From Vulcanimicrobiota bacterium (lineage in GTDB: Bacteria > Vulcanimicrobiota > Xenobia > Xenobiales > JADMJV01), in the NCBI GenBank assembly GCA_050250895.1, contig JBFWNU010000001.1, forward strand, positions 1,774,884-1,838,883: a DNA stretch of 64,000 bases. The letters run 5' to 3'. Positions 50,651 to 60,264 of this stretch are shown in pieces. The notes under the pieces are model-generated. The model had not been told where the DNA came from. It was given only the letters and a program-made list of their open reading frames with translations, and searched no databases. Every line of letters starts with the position of its first letter. Within the stretch, counting starts at the first letter, position 1. A program made the position numbers and the translations under genes.

Positions 50651-50878
50651 GTGAATCCGGACATCCGCGCAGAGTATCAGCAGCAGATCAACGAGCTTTT
50701 TCGTCTGGCCGACGAGGCCGAGTCCTGCGCTCGCATCATGCGCCAGCAAGCCGAGCGCTTCCAGGAGTCCCTCGATGACGGCTCCATCACCGAAGAGGCT
50801 CTCAAGTCGATGATGGAAGAACGCGAGAAGTGGACGTTGCGCTCGGATAGTCTGCGGGTCACCGACAGTCTGATGTGA
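50651..50878 (+). CDS. Small helical hypothetical protein
   Basis: 75-aa ORF directly after the promoter; typical codon usage. Confidence 0.65.
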   Translation: MNPDIRAEYQQQINELFRLADEAESCARIMRQQAERFQESLDDGSITEEALKSMMEEREKWTLRSDSLRVTDSLM

Positions 50879-51018
50879 TCTTCTGACTGTAATCTCTGAA
50901 TCTATCCTCGATGAGTAGAGGAAGCCGTGGCTCAGGTCTCGAAAATGCGTGAGAATTTTTCAACATTTCGGTGACCGAAATTCAAATATTGTCGCCGTAA
51001 CCGTAAGGGGTTCTCGAG

Positions 51019-52275
51019 ATGGCCAGGATGGAAGTGCTCACCGCCGTCGATATTGGCACTAGCAAGGTGACCTGCATTATTGCCGAGGCGGATAGCCGTG
51101 GCGAAATCGAGGTCGCGGGTTGGGGGGTGTGCCCTTGTTCCGGGCTACGCAAGGGCGCCCTGGTCGATCCCGAACAGACTACGGCTGCCATCGAAGCGGC
51201 CGTCACCGAGGCCGAGCGTAAGGCCGGCTATAACGTGACCAACGTGCACTTGAGTTTGACCAGCGAGTATCTCAACTCGCTATCCAGTCACGGCGTGTGG
51301 GCTGTCTCCAATCAAGAGAACGAGATTGCTCCGGCCGACGTGCGCAAGGCTGTCGACGCCGCCAAGATGGTCGGTATCCCATCCGACCGCGAGATTATCC
51401 ACGTCGTTCCCCGTGGCTTCACTGTGGATGGGCACAACGGTATCCGCAATCCGGTCGGGTTGTCGGGTCTGCGGCTCGAAGTCGATACCCACGTGGTGGC
51501 GGCCAGTTCTGCCTATCTTCATAACATGTGCAAGTGCGTCCAGCGAGCTTCGCTAGAGATCGAGGAGGAGGGCCTGGTGGCCAGCCCCATCGCCTCGGGT
51601 CTGGCCGTGTTGACCGAAGAAGAGCGCAAGTTGGGCACGGCTATGATCGACATCGGTGCCGGCACGGTCGACCTTTCGGTCTATTGCGATGGCGAGATCG
51701 GGCACTCGGCCATTTTGCCGGTAGCTGGCGACCTCTTGACTCACGATCTGGCCAGGTTCTTTCGTATTCCTCCCAGCCAGGCCGAGAAGCTCAAGCTCGA
51801 GAAGGGTATCGTAGCTCCTTCTTATCTTAATTCCGATGAAGAAGAGCGCGACACGGAAACCATTGAAGCGGTTTCCCTTTCGGGTGAAGAATCCGTGGAG
51901 GTGTCGCGCTTCGAGATGGCTCAAGTGCTCGAGGCTCGGTTGCTCGATATCCTGGAGTGGGTCGGGCGCGAGCTCAAGCGGGCCGAGCAGCTCGGCCTGG
52001 TCGTCACCAGTCTGGTGATGACCGGCGGCACCTCTCAATTGCCCGGGTTGGCCAAGTTGACCCATCGCGAATTGGACATCCCTTGTCGCGTGGCCGCCCC
52101 ATGCTATCCCGCCGGGCTGCCCCAGGAGCTGGCTTCTCCGATTTACTCCACCGGCGTCGGGCTGTTGCTTTATTCGGCCTCGCGGACTCTGCTGCCAGGC
52201 GAACATGAGGTGGGCCCTTCCACCATGAAGGTATTCCTCGGGCGGGTCGGTCGGTGGTTGGCTGAAGTGTTCTAG
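51019..52275 (+). CDS. ftsA: Cell division protein FtsA
   Basis: AVDIGTSKV, GLRKG, NPVGLSGLRLE, IDIGAGT, AEKLK, TGGTSQLPG, C-terminal amphipathic helix. Confidence 0.95.
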   Translation: MARMEVLTAVDIGTSKVTCIIAEADSRGEIEVAGWGVCPCSGLRKGALVDPEQTTAAIEAAVTEAERKAGYNVTNVHLSLTSEYLNSLSSHGVWAVSNQENEIAPADVRKAVDAAKMVGIPSDREIIHVVPRGFTVDGHNGIRNPVGLSGLRLEVDTHVVAASSAYLHNMCKCVQRASLEIEEEGLVASPIASGLAVLTEEERKLGTAMIDIGAGTVDLSVYCDGEIGHSAILPVAGDLLTHDLARFFRIPPSQAEKLKLEKGIVAPSYLNSDEEERDTETIEAVSLSGEESVEVSRFEMAQVLEARLLDILEWVGRELKRAEQLGLVVTSLVMTGGTSQLPGLAKLTHRELDIPCRVAAPCYPAGLPQELASPIYSTGVGLLLYSASRTLLPGEHEVGPSTMKVFLGRVGRWLAEVF

Positions 52276-52277
52276 GC

Positions 52278-52778
52278 GTGCGCTGTCCCTATTGCGACTC
52301 GCAAGAGAACCGGGTGCTCGACTCCCGTCTCACTGATGAGGGCTATTCCATCCGGCGCCGGCGCGAGTGTCCGCAGTGCAGTCGTCGTTTCACGACCTAC
52401 GAGCGGTTCGAAGAGTCTTTGCTTATGGTACTCAAAAAGGATCGCCGCCGCGAGAAATTTGACCGCGCCAAGATCTTGAGGGGGCTGGTGCGAGCCTGTG
52501 AGAAGCGGCCCGTGTCCGGCGTCGAGATCGAAGAGTTGGTGGGGGCTGTCGAGCTGCAATTTCGCAATCAGGGTTTGGGCGAGGTCTCGGGCGAGCAGAT
52601 CGGCGAGCAGGTGATGGAGCGGCTACGCAGGCTGGATGAGGTAGCCTATGTCCGCTACGCTTCGGTCTATAAAGAGTTCAAGGATGTCAGCCAGTTCGTC
52701 GAAGAACTCAAAGTGCTCGACGCCATGAGAGGAACGAAGGCTGGGGGGGATGGCCCGGGGCGCGATGATTCAGAGTAG
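52278..52778 (+). CDS. nrdR: Transcriptional repressor NrdR
   Basis: RCPYC...VLDSR...RRRREC..C..RFTTYE; ATP cone; VAYVRYASVY. Confidence 0.96.
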   Translation: MRCPYCDSQENRVLDSRLTDEGYSIRRRRECPQCSRRFTTYERFEESLLMVLKKDRRREKFDRAKILRGLVRACEKRPVSGVEIEELVGAVELQFRNQGLGEVSGEQIGEQVMERLRRLDEVAYVRYASVYKEFKDVSQFVEELKVLDAMRGTKAGGDGPGRDDSE

Positions 52779-52912
52779 CCTCAAGAAATTATAAATGCAC
52801 CCCGGGCCAGACCCCTAGTTTACACTTGGGTCACCGAGCCGGTCAAGCCACAAAAGGAATGCAACCGGGAGGGGTGGAACGTGGCCGCTTACCCTGCTCA
52901 CTGGAGGGGCCA

Positions 52913-53731
52913 TTGCTGGCAAAAAAAATTGAAGAAGCGGTGGCGGCGGTTCGGCAACGTAGTGACGTGGTTGCCCATGCCGGCGTGATTCTAGGCTCAG
53001 GTTTGGGTCGCTTCGCCGACGAGGTGGAAGAAAGCGTTTCTATCCGCTTCGAGGATATCCCGCATTTCCCCGCCAGCACCGTATCGGGTCACGCTGGCGA
53101 ACTGGTGCTCGGCAAGTTTCACGGCCGGGGCGTGGCCGTCATGCGGGGGCGCGTTCACTATTATGAGGGCTACTCCATGCAGGAGATCACCTTTCCCGTT
53201 CGGGTGATGCGCGCCCTGGGGGCGGGTCTGCTGTTCGTCACCAACTCTTGTGGCGGCTTGCATCCCAAGTTTTTGCCAGGCGATCTGATGCTGATCGCCG
53301 ACCATATCAACATGATGGGCGACAATCCGTTGATTGGTCTCAATGATGAGCGTCTCGGGCCGCGCTTCCCACCCATGTCGCGGGCCTATGACGCCGACCT
53401 CCGCAAGTTGGCTCACGACGTGGCCTGCCATAACGGCATCAAGCTGCAAGAGGGGGTCTATTGCGCGCTCTCGGGGCCGAGCTACGAGACGCCAGCGGAG
53501 ATTCGCTTCTTTGAACGGATCGGAGCAGACGCGGTCGGAATGTCGACCGTTCCAGAGGTGATCGTGGCCAAGCACGCCGGCATGCGGGTGGTTGGTATCG
53601 CTTGTGTCACCAATGTGCTCCATCAGGGGCCCTCCAACGATACCCACGAAGATGTGCTCGAGGCTGCCGCCGGGGCCAGCACTCCGCTGCTGACTCTGGC
53701 TAAAGGCATTTTGGAACAGATGCCTCAATGA
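52913..53731 (+). CDS. punA: Purine-nucleoside phosphorylase (trimeric type)
   Basis: ILGSGLG, GHAG, GRVHYYEG, GPSYETPAE, VGMSTVPE; TTG start with GGAGG SD. Confidence 0.92.
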   Translation: MLAKKIEEAVAAVRQRSDVVAHAGVILGSGLGRFADEVEESVSIRFEDIPHFPASTVSGHAGELVLGKFHGRGVAVMRGRVHYYEGYSMQEITFPVRVMRALGAGLLFVTNSCGGLHPKFLPGDLMLIADHINMMGDNPLIGLNDERLGPRFPPMSRAYDADLRKLAHDVACHNGIKLQEGVYCALSGPSYETPAEIRFFERIGADAVGMSTVPEVIVAKHAGMRVVGIACVTNVLHQGPSNDTHEDVLEAAAGASTPLLTLAKGILEQMPQ

Positions 53732-55032
53732 ATCCGGTTGCCCTGATTCGCCACAAGCGGGACGGGAAGGCCCATACCCGCGAAGAGATTCAGGCGATCG
53801 TGGATGGGATTGTCGACGGTTCGATGGATAGTTATCAGACGGCTGCCTGGCTGATGGCTGTCTGGTTTCAGGGGATGACCGACGAGGAGACGGGCTGGTT
53901 GACCCAGGCCATGATCGATTCGGGCGACACGGTCGACCTGAGTTCCATTCCCGGTATCAAGGTCGACAAGCATTCGACCGGAGGAGTCGGGGATACTACC
54001 ACGCTGGTGTTAGCGCCTCTGGTTGCGGCGGCCGGTGCCAAGGTGGCCAAGATGTCGGGTCGGGGGCTGGGGCATACAGGGGGCACCCTCGACAAGATGG
54101 AGGCGGTCGGTCTGTCGGTCGACCTGGATAGTCAGCGTTTTCTGCAGCAAGTGCGCGACCTTGGGGTGGCGGTCATCAGCCAGACCAAGAAATTGGTGCC
54201 GGCTGATGGAATTCTCTATGGCTTGCGCGACGTGACGGCAACGATTGACTCGGTGCCCCTCATCGCCTCGTCGGTCATGAGCAAAAAGTTGGCTTGTGGG
54301 GCCGATGCGATTTTGCTGGATGTCAAGTTTGGCGACGGAGCCTTTATGCCCGACCTCGAGTCGGGCCGACGCCTGGCCCACTGCATGGTCGCTATCGGTA
54401 ATCGCCTGGGGCGGCGTGTTCGCGCGGCCCTTTCAGACATGGATTGTCCGCTCGGGACCCATATCGGCAACGCTCTGGAGTTTCGCGAAGCGATCGAGAT
54501 TTTGCGGGGTGAGCACGGCGACTCGGCCCTGGCCAGGGTCGCTCTTGAGCTGGCTGCACAGCTGGTGTTCATGGCGGACCTGACCGACGATCTCGAGGCG
54601 GCCCAGGCCCGCGTGCGCCAGTTGGTAGAGGATGGCTCGGCCCTCAAGCGCATGCGCGAATGGATCGCCGCCCAGGACGGCGACCCCAACATGGTGGACG
54701 ATCTCGGGCTGTTGCCGAAAGCTGCCGAGTGCGAGATTCTGACAGCCGAAGCGGCCGGCTTTGTGACCCGGATGCAGGCTCGCCAGATTGGGGAGGCGGC
54801 CATGGCTCTGGGAGCTGGGCGAGTGCGCAAAACAGACCCCGTCGATCCCGCGGTGGGAGTGGTCTTGTTGGTCGAGCCGGGGCAGACGGTAGAAAAGGGG
54901 CAGCCTCTGGCTGAGCTCCACTCCAACGATTCCAAACGGACGAGCCAGGCCCGGCAGGCCTTGCGAGAAGCTGTCGCTATCGGCAAAGAGGCCCCGCCGC
55001 CCAGGCAGTTGATCCGCGAGTTTATCGGCTGA
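53728..55032 (+). CDS. pdp: Pyrimidine-nucleoside/thymidine phosphorylase
   Basis: DKHSTGGVGD, KMSGRGLGHTGGTLDK, SSVMSKK, LGAGR. Confidence 0.94.
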   Translation: MNPVALIRHKRDGKAHTREEIQAIVDGIVDGSMDSYQTAAWLMAVWFQGMTDEETGWLTQAMIDSGDTVDLSSIPGIKVDKHSTGGVGDTTTLVLAPLVAAAGAKVAKMSGRGLGHTGGTLDKMEAVGLSVDLDSQRFLQQVRDLGVAVISQTKKLVPADGILYGLRDVTATIDSVPLIASSVMSKKLACGADAILLDVKFGDGAFMPDLESGRRLAHCMVAIGNRLGRRVRAALSDMDCPLGTHIGNALEFREAIEILRGEHGDSALARVALELAAQLVFMADLTDDLEAAQARVRQLVEDGSALKRMREWIAAQDGDPNMVDDLGLLPKAAECEILTAEAAGFVTRMQARQIGEAAMALGAGRVRKTDPVDPAVGVVLLVEPGQTVEKGQPLAELHSNDSKRTSQARQALREAVAIGKEAPPPRQLIREFIG

Positions 55033-55253
55033 GCGAGGCGGCGTTCCCTCCCTAAAAAGGATTCCCTCTGGCGATCGCCGAATTTTTCCGACAAGAACTG
55101 CTGATGCGTCGAGACAGACGTGACTGATTGTCCTGCGGCCGCCGGGGTGAGGCTTTCGGCCCCCCGATTTGTATAACTACCTTCTTACGCGGCAGGCGGA
55201 GACGTAACTGGGTTCGGCCCACGGCACTTCGAAATTTTTTACCGAGGTAGAAT

Positions 55254-57176
55254 ATGTCTCGTTACCGAGCCGTTCGCGGCACCTTTGACCTACTGCCAGA
55301 GCAGTTAGGGGCCTGGCATCATCTTGAGCAGGCAGCTCGACGCCTTTCCCACAACTACGGCTATGCCGAAATCAGGACCCCACTCTTCGAAGAAGCTGAG
55401 CTTTTTACCCGGGGTATGGGAGTATTGGCCGGCATCGTCGAGCGAGAGTTGTGGACCTTTCATGACAAGTTCGGCAAAAAACTCGCCCTGAGGGCCGATA
55501 TGACCACGGGAGTGGTGCGGGCCTTCCAGGAGCACAAGGGTGAGGCCGAAGGCCAACCTTTCAAAGTCTTCTATCTGGCACCCGTCTTTCTTCTGGGCAA
55601 GGATTCTGAGGAAGGCAGTCGCCAATCTCACCAGTTCGGAGTCGAGGCTATCGGTTCTGACAACCCGGCTCTCGACGCCGAGATGGTGGCTCTCGCTTCA
55701 GCCTTCTGCAACGAGATCGGGCTGGAAGGCCACAAGGTCGAGTTGAACTCGCTGGGTGGAGATAAGTGCCGTCCCCTCTATCACAAAAAGCTCAAAGACT
55801 ATTTCACTACTCATCAGAACGAGTTGTGCGCCACGTGCAAACGCAAGTTCAAAGCCCATCCGGCCTGGGTGCTTTCTTGTGAAGATCCCGCTTGTGTGGC
55901 CCTTTCTCAGGTCGCTCCCACCATCTATGGAATGCTCTCGAGCGACTGTAAGGCACACTTCAATACCCTCAAAGAGTATCTCAAAGAACTCGATATCAAC
56001 TTCGAACTCAATCCCCGAGTGGTGCGAGACCTCGAATACTACAACCGAACCGTGTTTCAGATTCGTTGCGGCGGCAAAGTGGTGGCCTTCGGCGGTCGTT
56101 ACGACGGCCTGGTCGAGGCTCTGGGGGGTAAGGCTACCCCTGGAGTGGGTTTTGCCGTCAATATCGAGACTGCTATCGACGTCTTGGGCAGCAACGCTAG
56201 AGAAGAAGATGTCGAGGGTCTTCAGGTCCTGCTCGACCCCGAGGGTCCAGAATCGACCAAGGTGATGGTGCCTGTCCTGGCCAGGCTGCGCCGAGCCGGA
56301 GTTCGCGCGGAGATGCGCTACGGACGCAGCGGCGCCGCTCTGCGTAAAAGCGCCCGCATCGTGGTCAAGCTCAATGAAGCCAACGCTTTTCGCGGTCACG
56401 CTATGCTCGAGGACTCGGAAGGCAGCGGCGACAAATTGCCGGCCGGTCGCCTGGGCGAGAAACTGTTGGCCTATCTCGGCGTAGACGAAGACTCTGGTAG
56501 CGGGGGCGGTTCTGATCGAGGTGGACGGCGCAAACTGTCGCGTCGTCCCCGCAAAGGGCGCGGAGAAGAGCGCGAGAGGGACCGCGACCGTGACAGGGAC
56601 CGTGACAGAGACCGAGACCGTGACAGAGATCGTGACCGTGACAGAGATCGTGACCGTGACAGAGACCGAGACCGTGACCGGGATCGCGACAAAGACCGTG
56701 ATCGAGACCGGGATCGAGACAAAGACCGTGACCGCGACAAAGACCGCGACCGCTCGCGTTCACGGGGCGGTCGGTCGAACGAGGCTGCCAACGAGCAGCG
56801 GGAACGGCCCGACGAGGATGAGGGACGTCGGCGCAAGCGCGGCCGTCGCCGCAAACAGGCCGAGGAGGAAGGTCGTCGCCCCGACGAACCAGCCGCTCCC
56901 CCGCGTCGCCAGGCCGAAACCGAGAAGGCATTCATCCCCTCACTGATGTTGGCCAATGTCGACGCCGAGCCGCTGCCGCGAGCCCCGCGTCCCAAGCCGA
57001 GCCGTCGTGATGAGCCGGCTTCAGAGCATGTTCCCGAGATGACCTCGGGTTTGAGTTGGTCGATCATGCCGGCCGCGCCGGCTCGCGGTGAAGGGAAGGA
57101 AGACTCGCCGTCGGGCGATAATTCCCGCCGGCGCAGCCGCTCCCGAAGCGCTGCTTCGAAGGAATCCGAAGAATGA
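55254..57176 (+). CDS. Histidyl-tRNA synthetase-like protein with degenerate catalytic motifs and Arg/Asp-rich C-terminal tail
   Basis: RGTFD, YGYAEIRTPLFE, HQFGVE, VRDLEYYNRTVF and GGRYDGL give the HisRS fold; motif-2 and motif-3 Arg absent; about 230-aa low-complexity tail. Confidence 0.8.
   Translation: MSRYRAVRGTFDLLPEQLGAWHHLEQAARRLSHNYGYAEIRTPLFEEAELFTRGMGVLAGIVERELWTFHDKFGKKLALRADMTTGVVRAFQEHKGEAEGQPFKVFYLAPVFLLGKDSEEGSRQSHQFGVEAIGSDNPALDAEMVALASAFCNEIGLEGHKVELNSLGGDKCRPLYHKKLKDYFTTHQNELCATCKRKFKAHPAWVLSCEDPACVALSQVAPTIYGMLSSDCKAHFNTLKEYLKELDINFELNPRVVRDLEYYNRTVFQIRCGGKVVAFGGRYDGLVEALGGKATPGVGFAVNIETAIDVLGSNAREEDVEGLQVLLDPEGPESTKVMVPVLARLRRAGVRAEMRYGRSGAALRKSARIVVKLNEANAFRGHAMLEDSEGSGDKLPAGRLGEKLLAYLGVDEDSGSGGGSDRGGRRKLSRRPRKGRGEERERDRDRDRDRDRDRDRDRDRDRDRDRDRDRDRDRDRDRDKDRDRDRDRDKDRDRDKDRDRSRSRGGRSNEAANEQRERPDEDEGRRRKRGRRRKQAEEEGRRPDEPAAPPRRQAETEKAFIPSLMLANVDAEPLPRAPRPKPSRRDEPASEHVPEMTSGLSWSIMPAAPARGEGKEDSPSGDNSRRRSRSRSAASKESEE
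56580..56753 (+). repeat. Coding 6-bp repeat, about 29 Asp-Arg/Lys dipeptides
   Basis: GACCGT/GACAGA/GATCGT/GACCGA/GACAAA units with mixed synonymous codons. Confidence 0.95.
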
Positions 57177-57637
57177 ACAAGACCGTCGAGTTAACCCGTC
57201 AATTGGCCGAGATCGCGAAAGCCAACGACCTGGCTGAGTTGGAATTTCAAGAGGGCGACGTGCGCATTCACATCGTGCTCGAGACCGAGGCTGCTGTCGC
57301 GGCAGCCGTGCCGCAGGTGGTCCTGGCTCACGGTCATCCGATGGCGGGGCCGGCCCCGGTGGCTCAGGCGCCTGCCGCCGAGCCGGCGGCACCGGCGATC
57401 GAGGGTGATACCATCGACTCGCCCCTACCCGGGGTCTTCTACCGCGCTTCCCGACCCGGAGCCCCGGCTTTCGTCGAGGAAGGGCAACAGGTTGCGCCGG
57501 GTCAGACGCTGTGTATTGTCGAGGCGATGAAGCTGATGAACGAGATTTCAGCCGAACGCCCCGGCAAGATCATGAAGATCCTGGTCGCCAACGGCGATGC
57601 CGTCGAAGAAGGCCAACCCCTCTTCGTTATCGCGTGA
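57173..57637 (+). CDS. accB: Acetyl-CoA carboxylase biotin carboxyl carrier protein
   Basis: SPLPGVFYRA, IVEAMKLMNEI biotinylation motif, Ala/Pro linker; ATGA overlap with the HisRS-like gene. Confidence 0.95.
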   Translation: MNKTVELTRQLAEIAKANDLAELEFQEGDVRIHIVLETEAAVAAAVPQVVLAHGHPMAGPAPVAQAPAAEPAAPAIEGDTIDSPLPGVFYRASRPGAPAFVEEGQQVAPGQTLCIVEAMKLMNEISAERPGKIMKILVANGDAVEEGQPLFVIA

Positions 57638-57694
57638 GCAGGGAGCGCCGACGCTGTCGGCGAGCAGAGGAGCCGTGCGCTTCGCGCGGAGCTT

Positions 57695-57767
57695 TCGGCC
57701 TGCGGCCGACAGGGAGCGCGGCTGACGCCGCTAGAAGTTCTTTCCGGAGGGAGCGGCAGCGACCGAC
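57695..57767 (+). repeat. REP/MITE-like intergenic repeat, copy 1
   Basis: tcggcctgcggccgacagggagcgcggctgacgccg...cggagggagcggcagcgaccgac matches the reverse complement of 61056-61129. Confidence 0.85.
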
Positions 57768-57899
57768 GCTCCTTTCCCGCCAGCCAAAAACGAGCCGTTT
57801 CCTTGAAATATTTTCAGAAGTGGCCCTTGTTCGGCAGGATGGAACGATCCCCAGGGTTAAGGCTTTCATACACACTTCGCGTAGTGGAAAGCAGGGTAG

Positions 57900-60062
57900 A
57901 TGTTGGTATTCGGCCGCCTTGGCAAAAGGGTCAAGAACATCCTCGGTAGAGATTTCGATCTGGAGGGGCTCACCCAGGCTCGACGTCAAGAACGACAGGG
58001 TTTGACGATCGAAGACGAAGAGCTGTATTGCCTTCTCCGGCCGGCCACGGCCGCCCTCGAAAAGGCCCGCACCGAGGCCGGGCGCGGCGAGATGGGTGCG
58101 GCTGCTCAGGCTTTGTCCGAGCATTTTTGCGAGCGGGTGCGGCCGGTCGTGTTCGCGCACCAGGCTCACGGCGCGGCGCTGGTTCCTCAGTTTCGCGAGA
58201 ATCGCCACCTTTGGAAGGCTTTGCTGGTTGCAGCCGAGCGGGCCATGAGCCACGAGTTCACCCCACTCGAGGGCGAGCCATTCAGCTTCGGGACTTCCAT
58301 CGATTGGTTCAGCGACTTTCAGGGGCGCTCCTGGATTTTCGGGCACGTGGCCGACCTGCAAGACCGACTCAAGCGTGAGAGTCTCGACGGCATGGGCCCG
58401 GTCGAGCGCACCTGGGACTTCAATCGGCACGGCCACTTTGTCGACCTGGCCCGGGCCTACTGGCTTAGCCGTCAGGAGTCGCTGGTGGGAGAATTCCTGG
58501 TCCAGGCTGCCGATTGGGCCGAACGAAATCCTTGCATGGGCGGCATCAACTGGCTCTGCCCGACCACCAACGCGGCGCGCGCCGTCAACTGGCTGGTAAG
58601 CTTTCATTTCATGCTGGGCTCGCCCCAGTTGCGCGGCGAACCCACCGTGCGCTTGTTGCGCCAGTTGATCCTCCACGGTGCGATTCTCAACGATTGCCTG
58701 CTGATCCGGCGCAAGAAGGGTCGACTGGCCATGGCCAGCGCCCTGACCATGCTGGCTTTGAGTTTCCCCGAGTTGACCTGTGCGCGTCGCTGGCTCGAGG
58801 TGGGCACCGCCTTTTTGCTCGATACTATCGACCGCGATTTCGAGGATGGGGGCTTTCATCGTTCGGGCTCGTCGGCCCGCCACCGTGAGGCGGTCGAGTG
58901 GTTGCTTCTGCCGCTGGCCCTCTATCGGCTCAACCGCTGCAGCCCTCCGCCCGGATTGGCCGAAGCGGCCCATCAGGCTGTATCGGTGATGGCTCTGTGC
59001 ACTCCCGCCCACGGGCAGCCCCCTGAGCTGGGAGCCACCTGGGCCAATCAGTTCTTGGGCCGGGGCGTTACCTCGGTGGGCCACACCCGCCGTTTGATGG
59101 CCCTCGGGGCGCTGGTGTGCGAGCGCGCCGACCTGCCCTTGCCGACGGAGTTCCCGGTCGAATTGTTGTGGTGGCTGGGTCCCGAGGCTCAACAACGCTG
59201 GACCCAGCTGCAGGCCACTCCCGGACAGACCCTTTCGGGGGCCTATTCTCAGGCCGGGATAGCCGTGGTGCGCAACCATTGGGAGGGGAATGCCAGCTGG
59301 GCCCTTCTGCGGGGACGGCCGCGGGCGCTCGAGCCCGATCTGATGGCACCCGCTCCGGCCAGTCTGCCGACCCATGACGATTTTCTCAGTCTCAACCTTA
59401 GTCTCGAGGGCGAGCCCGTCCTGCTGGAGCCGGGCGCTCCCGTTGCGCCTGGCTCGGTGCGGATGGCATTTTCTCGGGTCGCCGCTCACTCTTCGCCGCG
59501 AGTGGCTCGCGAGCGAGAGCCTTTGACCCTGGGTCGGTCCGGTGAAGAAGGAGCGACCCTGCGCAAGGTTCCTGAGGGCACCTATCTGGGTGCCTCGCGG
59601 CCCGTCTGGCTCATGCCCGACCGACCCTGGGAATTGACTCGCGAGGTTCTGTTCATGCCGGGCAGGAAGCACATCGCCATTCGGGATCAACTCGACGGCG
59701 AAGGCGAGTTGCACTTTGAGTCCTCGCTTTTGCTTTCATCCCATCTCGATGTTTTGATGCGAGGTGACATGGGCTGCCTGTTGCGAGGTAAGCAGCTGCA
59801 AGCCCGCATTGTTCCCATCTTTCCGACCCGGTTTCGTTACGATCTGGTGCGAGGCTGCGCCAATCCCTTCGGAGGCTGGGTTTGGTCTGGAAAACCGCAG
59901 GGGGTCCATCGACTGCGCTATTTCACGCGGATCGAGGCCCCCTTCACGGTTTATCTCTGGCTGGCCTGGAACCCCAACGACACCAAAGTGCCCCGGGTAG
60001 AAGAGCTTGACCGGTTGTTTGCTCAGGCCCGGCGCGCCCCGGTGCCGGTCGGGGCTCGCTAA
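57900..60062 (+). CDS. Heparinase II/III-family protein (possibly catalytically degenerate)
   Basis: WDFNRHGHF..LARAY, W...NP...GINW, FEDGG, AGIAVVR, THDD.LS, REV. Confidence 0.7.
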   Translation: MLVFGRLGKRVKNILGRDFDLEGLTQARRQERQGLTIEDEELYCLLRPATAALEKARTEAGRGEMGAAAQALSEHFCERVRPVVFAHQAHGAALVPQFRENRHLWKALLVAAERAMSHEFTPLEGEPFSFGTSIDWFSDFQGRSWIFGHVADLQDRLKRESLDGMGPVERTWDFNRHGHFVDLARAYWLSRQESLVGEFLVQAADWAERNPCMGGINWLCPTTNAARAVNWLVSFHFMLGSPQLRGEPTVRLLRQLILHGAILNDCLLIRRKKGRLAMASALTMLALSFPELTCARRWLEVGTAFLLDTIDRDFEDGGFHRSGSSARHREAVEWLLLPLALYRLNRCSPPPGLAEAAHQAVSVMALCTPAHGQPPELGATWANQFLGRGVTSVGHTRRLMALGALVCERADLPLPTEFPVELLWWLGPEAQQRWTQLQATPGQTLSGAYSQAGIAVVRNHWEGNASWALLRGRPRALEPDLMAPAPASLPTHDDFLSLNLSLEGEPVLLEPGAPVAPGSVRMAFSRVAAHSSPRVAREREPLTLGRSGEEGATLRKVPEGTYLGASRPVWLMPDRPWELTREVLFMPGRKHIAIRDQLDGEGELHFESSLLLSSHLDVLMRGDMGCLLRGKQLQARIVPIFPTRFRYDLVRGCANPFGGWVWSGKPQGVHRLRYFTRIEAPFTVYLWLAWNPNDTKVPRVEELDRLFAQARRAPVPVGAR

Positions 60063-60066
60063 AGGC

Positions 60067-60264
60067 CTAGCCGAAGACCTTGCCGGCCTGACGGCGTAGC
60101 TGCAGGCGCTGATAGGTTCCCAGGCGTTCCCAGGCCACCGGGGTGGTTCCCTTCAGGTGAATCTGGCGAACGCCTGGCAGGGGCGGGGTCGGAGAGGGCG
60201 TGGCCGCCGGGGCAGGGGCCAACACCAGCAACACTAGAAGCAGTAGCCAGGGACGCAGGCTCAT
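60067..60264 (-). CDS. Small exported protein
   Basis: Hydrophobic signal WLLLLVLLVLAPAPA; ATGA coupling to the upstream gene. Confidence 0.55.
   Translation of the reverse strand: MSLRPWLLLLVLLVLAPAPAATPSPTPPLPGVRQIHLKGTTPVAWERLGTYQRLQLRRQAGKVFG

Noticed and set aside
55084-55253. T-box riboswitch or 6S RNA before the hisS-like gene
   Set aside because: No GGTGGnACC T-box sequence and no convincing 6S rod with a central bubble.
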